A program made the position numbers and the translations under genes. From the IMG/VR virus record IMGVR_UViG_3300001041_000002, positions 37,420-101,419 of that record: a DNA stretch of 64,000 bases; one strand, 5' to 3'. Positions 57,075 to 64,000 of the stretch are shown here, piece by piece. Below the pieces are notes generated by a model. That model saw only the letters and a list, made by a program, of their open reading frames with translations, had not been told where the DNA came from and searched no databases. Numbering within the stretch: position 1 is the first letter of the stretch; each line of letters starts with the position of its first letter. The stretch is from a virus.

Positions 57075-58901
57075 TTAAAATTGTACGCTTTTGAATCCAG
57101 AAAATATTCCCTTTGTTATAAATTGCATTGCATCGCTAGGAGTCATTTTGACTGCTGAATTTATATCTGGTATTGGCATTCCATATTCATCTCTACCTAT
57201 TATATCGTAGACAACAATTTTTCTGTCTGCAATATCGTATTTATTACTAGGATTAGTCAACACATCTATAGCTTTATTCATATTTGGAATTTCTATTGGG
57301 TCAAAGCTATCGTTCTCTCCAAGCTGAGGGTCATTTATTTGCTTTAATAATGGAGTTAATACCTCATTCTTAAGTTTCAAAGTATTAACATCAAGCGCAT
57401 TATCATTTAGGGTGTATTTTTCACCCTTTGGGCCGGTCAATTGAATTTCTCCAGTTCTAGATACTGATGGAATAGATTCTTTCCATGCAGACTCTTTGTC
57501 CCATAATTTAGAAAAGTCTTCTTTTGTTTTGATATCACCATCTTTATCTATTGAAATTTTCTTTTCCTTACTTGGAAATACATAGTCATTAATAATAGCC
57601 TCAGTCATCGTTTTATTTCCAAAAGATTTTGGATCTGCAACGATATGCACTTGCTGAGAAACTGTAGCTGCATTGTTTTTTTCGTAATAAATAGCTTTTG
57701 CAACAGCATCTTCCTCAGACAAAGCATTGCCAGTGACTGGATCTATCTCGTTAAACAAACCACCATATTTAGATTTATATTTAGAAATAGTTTTGGCTCT
57801 ATTATCATTCCAGTCTTTAAGTCTTTTATTATATGACTTAGTTGCATCTTGTATGCCTTGCTCTAAATAGCCAGCAGCTCTTGGATCTTTTATGGTCTTT
57901 TTAATTTCATTAATCCTTGTTATTCCAGCATTTACATCATCTAAATTTGGTTTAGGTGTTGACATTATTTCAACATCCTTATCGGCCTCTTTTTGTAGTT
58001 TTTTATTAACTTCTAAATCTTGAGTTATTGGAAGTGGTCTTTCTGATGGCTGGCTTTTATTCTCACCAAATCCACCATAATTAGTGTTTAATAATGGCGC
58101 CTCCTTTTTATAAGATGTTTTTGCAGTACCAATCTGATCCACAACTTCATCTATATACGATGGATCAAACTTAGATATCTTAGCAAATAAACCACGATCA
58201 GTTTTTTCATTACCATACTCAGCCTTTAGGTATTGTTTTATTGCTTCAACCTGATCTGAATTTTTAGTTATAGATCCATTTCTAGAGAAATCCTTGGTAA
58301 TATAATATGAAGATCCATCTGGATTAACAATTCTCTCTATACTCGCATTACCGCCAACAATAGGAGTCTCGGTTGATCCAAGGTTAGACATTAATTTAGT
58401 CGCATCTTCGCCAATATCGTAATATCCAGAAGTCCTACCTGCAGTAAATTCATTCTTAAATTTACCTTCAGGATCATAACCACCTTGATAAGCAGAGAAG
58501 AATTGTTCTTTCTGTCTATTGATGTCATCGCCAGGCCTACCCTCTTGAATCATTCTCTTACGAGTTTCATCCCATTGAGACATAGCGTCGCTATACTGTT
58601 TTTTATAGTGACGAATCTTATCGTCTCCAATATATCGTTGACGAAGACCCAAAACCTTACTTTTAAGATCCTGAGAAAATCCATTCCTTGCTATTTCATT
58701 ACTAACATCTTCTATGTCGGTATTATACTTCTGCAGTAACGGCTCTAATCCGGGAGCATCTTGTTTTAAGTAATCAAACTTCATTGCTTCAGATAATTCC
58801 ATCTGTTTAGCAATAGCATCATCATGCTGCTGTCTCATTAGAGCTGGAGCATATGACATCTCGCTAAGTGAAAGCTTATTGAATTGTGGTATATATGGCA
58901 T
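57075..58901 (-). CDS. virion cargo/internal protein
   Basis: 608 aa, helical, upstream of RNAP as in the crAss-like layout. Confidence 0.7.
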   Translation of the reverse strand: MPYIPQFNKLSLSEMSYAPALMRQQHDDAIAKQMELSEAMKFDYLKQDAPGLEPLLQKYNTDIEDVSNEIARNGFSQDLKSKVLGLRQRYIGDDKIRHYKKQYSDAMSQWDETRKRMIQEGRPGDDINRQKEQFFSAYQGGYDPEGKFKNEFTAGRTSGYYDIGEDATKLMSNLGSTETPIVGGNASIERIVNPDGSSYYITKDFSRNGSITKNSDQVEAIKQYLKAEYGNEKTDRGLFAKISKFDPSYIDEVVDQIGTAKTSYKKEAPLLNTNYGGFGENKSQPSERPLPITQDLEVNKKLQKEADKDVEIMSTPKPNLDDVNAGITRINEIKKTIKDPRAAGYLEQGIQDATKSYNKRLKDWNDNRAKTISKYKSKYGGLFNEIDPVTGNALSEEDAVAKAIYYEKNNAATVSQQVHIVADPKSFGNKTMTEAIINDYVFPSKEKKISIDKDGDIKTKEDFSKLWDKESAWKESIPSVSRTGEIQLTGPKGEKYTLNDNALDVNTLKLKNEVLTPLLKQINDPQLGENDSFDPIEIPNMNKAIDVLTNPSNKYDIADRKIVVYDIIGRDEYGMPIPDINSAVKMTPSDAMQFITKGIFSGFKSVQF

Positions 58902-58923
58902 TTTAGTATATTAATATTTGCAA

Positions 58924-58954
58924 CAAAGTTAATTATTTTTTATGATTTTTCAAC
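58924..58954 (-). promoter_or_regulatory. Bacteroidota-type promoter for the cargo/RNAP genes
   Basis: On the - strand GTTG-N19-TAACTTTG, upstream of ATG 58901. Confidence 0.55.
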
Positions 58955-60627
58955 CTAAGCCGTCCGCCTTGAGATTTTTTCAATGGAGCAACATAATTCC
59001 CATAATCATCATATCCATATAGTTTTGGCATGATCTCACGAAGTCTTTCTTCATAGCCAATATCTCCAATACCCTCTGCAGCTTTTCCAAGATAAGACAT
59101 GCGATCTTCATACGCTTTTATCCTAGCTGAATTAGAAGCATTTGTATTATACAAGTTAGCTTGATTCATCATCTGAGCATTTTGAGAAGCAACATTTCCC
59201 TCAGTAGTTAAATTAATTTGATCGGCAGCCATTTTAGAGGCATTATTAACCGCATTAGCGTCCGCATAAGATTTTCCTATACCTGACATATAATCTTTAT
59301 TTAAACCGCTTAAATTAGCTCTAAGTACGCTTCCTGAGCCCCCAGATGCTTCTGATAATCCAGATATACCTGTTTGATATGCAGCATCAACTGCATTACG
59401 CATTTGCATCTCATCAATCTGTGCTGGAGTTAATTTCCCTTGCTGTCCTATCAATGATGGATTATACTTCTCTGGACTTGGAGATTTCCCAAATAATCCA
59501 GTTGCAGCTAATGCATCAAAAGCTATTGGAGCATAACGAAGATTCTTTGAATCCTTTAGCGCACTTAGGTCTCCGGTGAATCCAAGTCTTGTTTTTGGAT
59601 TAAGATTCATAGCAGATATGTCAGATATCTTTTTATTTAATTTAGTCATTTCTAATCCAGACGTTAACACAGGACTTCTATCTAGCGACTTAAAATCTAT
59701 TGAATTTATATTCTCTATTGGATTCAAGTATCTATCAAGAATTCTAGGGTCTTCTAAATTTAGAAATCCAGTATCTTGACTTAGTCCATCGTATAATCTT
59801 CCACCACCAGCCATCATATTAGATTGTTCAATCTCTCTAGTTTTATCATTAGCAGATATTAATTGCTTCATATAGTCCCTGTGAGTGTTCTTACTTATGG
59901 GATCGTTCGGACGTTCTTTGATTAACTTAGATAGTTTTTTAGATGCATCTGCAAATGTTTTACCTTCCATGGATTTTGGGAGATTATGTTCTTCGACCAT
60001 GTTTTTATCTAAAAGCAATCTATCTGAAAAGATATAATCCTGCCATTTAGTTTCTCCTTGTTCGACTAGATTAGGCTCTCCGTCTTCGCCAATACCCTGT
60101 CTTACTCCGTTATATGGGTTTAATTCGTGACTAGATCCAGCGTCGAATTCAGTAAGGCCTCCGCCATTCTCATACAGAGAGTTCATATTCGGAGACACAC
60201 CCATTGGTACGATTATTTTTCCACCATTTGCTTTTATACCTAACATATTATTTCTTTCTGATATTGATGAATTAAATTGTTTTGTGTCTTCTTCTCTATT
60301 TGTCATTTGTTTTGCAAATATACTATTAGCTATAACTCCAGCTGGGCCAAGTAAAGATGTTGCGGATAATGCTTTCTTCCCAAAGTTGGTTTGGTCATCA
60401 CCTAAAACTGTTTTTAAGTTTCCTAAATTTCCCATGGCGTATTTCATTCCACCACTTACAATTGCCCCTGGATTACCTGTTAAAACACCAGCTCCAAGTT
60501 CTGCTGCACCACCAACAACTTGCATATTGTTATTGTTTGCATTACCAGTATTTCCACCCATAAAGAACAGATTATCTCTAGTTATAATATCGTCAAGTTC
60601 GTGCTTTGATTTAATTTTCTTTGCCAT
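58933..60627 (-). CDS. virion cargo protein with recurrent xxGG motifs
   Basis: GSSHELNPYNGV...NLVEQGET...YIFSDRL block typical of crAss-like cargo proteins. Confidence 0.75.
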   Translation of the reverse strand: MAKKIKSKHELDDIITRDNLFFMGGNTGNANNNNMQVVGGAAELGAGVLTGNPGAIVSGGMKYAMGNLGNLKTVLGDDQTNFGKKALSATSLLGPAGVIANSIFAKQMTNREEDTKQFNSSISERNNMLGIKANGGKIIVPMGVSPNMNSLYENGGGLTEFDAGSSHELNPYNGVRQGIGEDGEPNLVEQGETKWQDYIFSDRLLLDKNMVEEHNLPKSMEGKTFADASKKLSKLIKERPNDPISKNTHRDYMKQLISANDKTREIEQSNMMAGGGRLYDGLSQDTGFLNLEDPRILDRYLNPIENINSIDFKSLDRSPVLTSGLEMTKLNKKISDISAMNLNPKTRLGFTGDLSALKDSKNLRYAPIAFDALAATGLFGKSPSPEKYNPSLIGQQGKLTPAQIDEMQMRNAVDAAYQTGISGLSEASGGSGSVLRANLSGLNKDYMSGIGKSYADANAVNNASKMAADQINLTTEGNVASQNAQMMNQANLYNTNASNSARIKAYEDRMSYLGKAAEGIGDIGYEERLREIMPKLYGYDDYGNYVAPLKKSQGGRLRLKNHKK

Positions 60628-63600
60628 TATATTTTTATTATAGAATCATATCCAATTATCATGTCGTGTAAAACCAGTCTTTCACCCAGTGAATTATCAA
60701 AACCAAGTTTCATATACATCCACTGACCCCTCATTCTCTGTAATACGTTCGCACTATTTCTGGGTATGAAGAAATTCCAATCTCTGAACTTTCTTTTAAT
60801 ATTGCTCCCAACAACTAAATCTACTTCTCCAGTCGATTGATATTCATTCCAGCAGTTTATTGTATCTATAGTTCTAGTACTGACATCACTACTTCCTGTA
60901 TATACCTCAGACTTAAATTCTCCATTATTAAAGACACAATCAGCGTCTGGCTCTGGAGCAACCAGTAATGTTATATAACTTGGGTAGATTGTTCCATAAT
61001 AAGAACCATATTCACCATCGCCATGCTTCCATAGATTCAGTCCATCATTGCTGGAAAATAATCCATTATGTGTATATATATATCTTTTAGGTTTAAATGA
61101 ATACTGCGACGTAAATGTTTCTGATTGCTCATTGAAAGCTATAGTTAACCCAGTTATGGATTCGCTTATATTTGGTATTGTAAAATATGCATCATTAGTA
61201 ATCTGATCAAAACACCCAGTAACCAAATTGCTACCAGTATAAGTCAATCCATCAAGCTTTCTAGTCATTAAACTATGAAGTCCAAATCTATCGCTTAACC
61301 CAATAAGTTGATCTCCTGATATTCTATTAATAGATTTATTTGAAACGTCTATGTAATACACAGAACTCTGAGATTTAAAAACTGATTGCTGATTAGTACA
61401 GCCAGAGTTAGTATTTATATATTTATAATTATATAATACAGAGCCCCTACCAAGCTCTATAGCTGTTCCATTAGTGGCCACTGTTTGAACTCTAGGCTCA
61501 ATCTCAAGTGTAGATACCGCTTGTTCCTGAAGACAATAAACAATGTCATTGTTTTGAATAACCTTTGTTATCGCTCCATATTTGCCATCTAAATAGAGCT
61601 CTTCGTTTAGCAGTAGATCTGTCCAGCTATCAACAATCTCTCCATTAACCTTTACTTTAGTAGCATTAATTCTATTGTTGAAAATCTTACGCTCTTGAAA
61701 TGTAAATGGTGTTGCTGTTGTTCTATTGAATATTGGTTGCTGTGAATATACTCTATTATAATTATGATACTCGTCGAACGTTGGCATAAAAACTGAATCC
61801 CAACTAGACGAAGCATCTGATCTATTATTTATATCAATAGAAGTTTCAACTGGAAACTCTACAATTTCAGTCATATCATAATACTTAGAATTTTGAACAG
61901 ACACACTACTACCAAGTATTCTAGCAAACCTGAACTGTCCTACAAAAGTATCACCAGCGTTATCTATCTGCTCCGACGTTACACCAATCAAATTATATTT
62001 ACCTATCCTAAGATAACTATTACGACTCCTGGATTCATAAGTGTTGCCACCATATTGATTTGTAAGAGTTCTTATTAATTCAAATATCCCATTAGAATTT
62101 GACGGTAGTGATGCAGCCGTTAATATATCCTCATATTTATTCTGATCAGAAAAAACGAAAGTAATATTTTTATTTGCAATACTATTGACGGATATAATAC
62201 CATCGTCACCTCCATCATTATTTGAACTTTTGTCGTTCTTATCGGTTAGAATTGTTCCAAGTAAATTTGTAAATCCATATTTAGAATCATTGTTGTATCT
62301 AAGACCAGACTGTCCCTCTCCAACTAAAATTGGCGACCCAAGTACATCATATAATAAGTTTGATACAAATTTACCAAATCTGTATTTTCTATAATATTGA
62401 TATTTATTTTTTAAATTATGATCTCCAGTTCCACCGATCCTAGCGTATTGATTGAAGGCACTAAATCTACTACCACTGTCTTTCCATAGTGATAACAATG
62501 AATTTCTCTTAAGCTCTGCTTCAATAAAAGACGTATCTGTATTATATTGTTTAGCCCACTCTGAGCTATCATATATGGTGTTTACTCCGGAATGATTAAA
62601 CTTTATTTTAAGTCCTTCAGATAAACTTATATCAGTAAAAATAACCTCAGGAGAATATAACTGTAATAATCTAGTCTCCTCAAAAGACAGGTGCCTCTCT
62701 GTTCCAGAGGCATACACTCTATATATTTCTTGCCTAGGATCATCTATCTCTCCACTAGATGATTCTTCTCCAATGCACACCCCATGTTTTGTCTCGTAGA
62801 TAAATGGAGCAACTGAGTCTGCTGGTTTGCGCTTCCATAACTCATATAATTTTGTGTTATTTCTAATGAATGGAGATGAAATTTTAAGTATATCTAAGTC
62901 AGCATATGTAGTCCCATTAACCATGTTGGCTTCTGCTACATCATCGTACTTCTGAAATACCATTGAACTAACTATACCCTGACATAAAATAGTTTTATCG
63001 GCATCCGTTCTTTCAACTCTAAGAACTCTCCAACCAACAACACCAAGAGCTTCTAATACCGATGTGTTTCTAATAGTAACCTTTAAGGTATTATAACTAC
63101 TATTTACGTTCCCTTGTGGAATTTTAATATCTGCAATCCACTTTGGCTCTGTTGTTTGACCTCTCTTGTTGTAAAATTCTATACCAAATCTATATATCTC
63201 ATTTGATTTTAATAGATTCCTTGGATTTTCAACTGATTGTTGAATTATCTGTATTGTGATATTTGTTCCAGATGCTCCAATAGCAGGTGAATTCTTTATA
63301 TAATTATATGTAGAATAATCAGTATTTATTGCATCATGATCACTCGGAACTATTTCATTCCCAACAGATAAACGGATGCTGTCTGTTCCAGTATCCCAAA
63401 TTATATCTTCATTAGATAAACCATTGTTATTTATGTGTGAAGTTCCGCTATATATTGGAAATCTATAGGCCCTAGTGTCATAATCTTCGGTTGATACATC
63501 AAAGTATAACTCCTTGATATTACCGAGAATTAACCTATTATATTTAGAAGTAATTGTGCCTGGAATAAATGCCGTTCCACCAAGAAATGTAAATTGATCT

Positions 63601-64000
63601 GGACTTACTGACCGAATTACTCTGCCGTCGTCAGAAAAATTAAAAACAGTATTTCCACCAATAGTTTCTTCTGCTATAACATTTATTGATGGCTGTTCAT
63701 TGTATGACGTATATTTTATAGCGTATAGTCTGATGATATCATATTTTGTATCAACGGAATCTATTGTTACGTTTAATATTTTACCAACATACTCATTAAC
63801 CTTACCACCACTATTAGATTTATTTAATGGATAAAGTTCACTTACTGGGCTTATTGATGATTGAGAACCGTTCTGTTTTATTAGATTGTAGGCATATTGA
63901 ATCATCCCGGCAGTGTGAATGCCACCATAGTCAATTGAACTCACGTATGGCGATGAGAACGACACCTCTGGAACAGCATCAAATAAGGTAGCGTCTTGAT
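60627..64000 (-). CDS. tail/stabilisation (muzzle-like) structural protein, 5' end outside the window
   Basis: More than 1100 aa, beta-rich C-terminus ending RKFRDW...RMRGQW; frame open to the window edge. Confidence 0.72.
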   Translation of the reverse strand, partial: QDATLFDAVPEVSFSSPYVSSIDYGGIHTAGMIQYAYNLIKQNGSQSSISPVSELYPLNKSNSGGKVNEYVGKILNVTIDSVDTKYDIIRLYAIKYTSYNEQPSINVIAEETIGGNTVFNFSDDGRVIRSVSPDQFTFLGGTAFIPGTITSKYNRLILGNIKELYFDVSTEDYDTRAYRFPIYSGTSHINNNGLSNEDIIWDTGTDSIRLSVGNEIVPSDHDAINTDYSTYNYIKNSPAIGASGTNITIQIIQQSVENPRNLLKSNEIYRFGIEFYNKRGQTTEPKWIADIKIPQGNVNSSYNTLKVTIRNTSVLEALGVVGWRVLRVERTDADKTILCQGIVSSMVFQKYDDVAEANMVNGTTYADLDILKISSPFIRNNTKLYELWKRKPADSVAPFIYETKHGVCIGEESSSGEIDDPRQEIYRVYASGTERHLSFEETRLLQLYSPEVIFTDISLSEGLKIKFNHSGVNTIYDSSEWAKQYNTDTSFIEAELKRNSLLSLWKDSGSRFSAFNQYARIGGTGDHNLKNKYQYYRKYRFGKFVSNLLYDVLGSPILVGEGQSGLRYNNDSKYGFTNLLGTILTDKNDKSSNNDGGDDGIISVNSIANKNITFVFSDQNKYEDILTAASLPSNSNGIFELIRTLTNQYGGNTYESRSRNSYLRIGKYNLIGVTSEQIDNAGDTFVGQFRFARILGSSVSVQNSKYYDMTEIVEFPVETSIDINNRSDASSSWDSVFMPTFDEYHNYNRVYSQQPIFNRTTATPFTFQERKIFNNRINATKVKVNGEIVDSWTDLLLNEELYLDGKYGAITKVIQNNDIVYCLQEQAVSTLEIEPRVQTVATNGTAIELGRGSVLYNYKYINTNSGCTNQQSVFKSQSSVYYIDVSNKSINRISGDQLIGLSDRFGLHSLMTRKLDGLTYTGSNLVTGCFDQITNDAYFTIPNISESITGLTIAFNEQSETFTSQYSFKPKRYIYTHNGLFSSNDGLNLWKHGDGEYGSYYGTIYPSYITLLVAPEPDADCVFNNGEFKSEVYTGSSDVSTRTIDTINCWNEYQSTGEVDLVVGSNIKRKFRDWNFFIPRNSANVLQRMRGQWMYMKLGFDNSLGERLVLHDMIIGYDSIIKI

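Noticed and set aside
46398-62394. Short + strand ORFs inside the late genes, and short - strand ORFs in the early arm
   Set aside because: Antisense shadows of long genes with no recognisable motifs.

Overview
This window is a 64-kb piece of a crAss-like (Crassvirales-type) phage genome, probably infecting Bacteroidota, read in the standard genetic code. The + strand arm (1 to ~41.5 kb) has four parts: (i) an RNA-rich early region with tRNA-Ile(UAU), tRNA-Tyr(GUA), a circularly permuted two-piece tmRNA gene and at least seven 50-190 nt elements each closed by a 10-15 bp terminal stem; (ii) replication genes (DnaB-like helicase, Sak4/AAA_24 ATPase, SSB-like protein, primase, PD-(D/E)XK nucleases) but no complete DNA polymerase, only a stand-alone DnaE C-terminal fragment with a clamp-binding motif; (iii) a phiEco32-type peptide-ligase cluster (two class I GATases, GGCT, ATP-grasp, COOH-NH2 ligase, class II GATase, and an amidoligase split by a LAGLIDADG-encoding group I intron); (iv) nucleotide and repair genes (class II RNR, NUDIX, SP-lyase-like radical SAM, HAD). 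The convergent - strand arm (41.6-64 kb) encodes virion proteins, including a 3600-aa virion RNA polymerase (DFDIDK motif), cargo proteins, a ferritin and a tail/stabilisation protein cut off by the window edge. The best novelty candidates are the permuted phage tmRNA, the array of stem-closed structured RNAs, and the polymerase-less DnaE tail. All family calls come from motif recognition by eye; no database searches were run.
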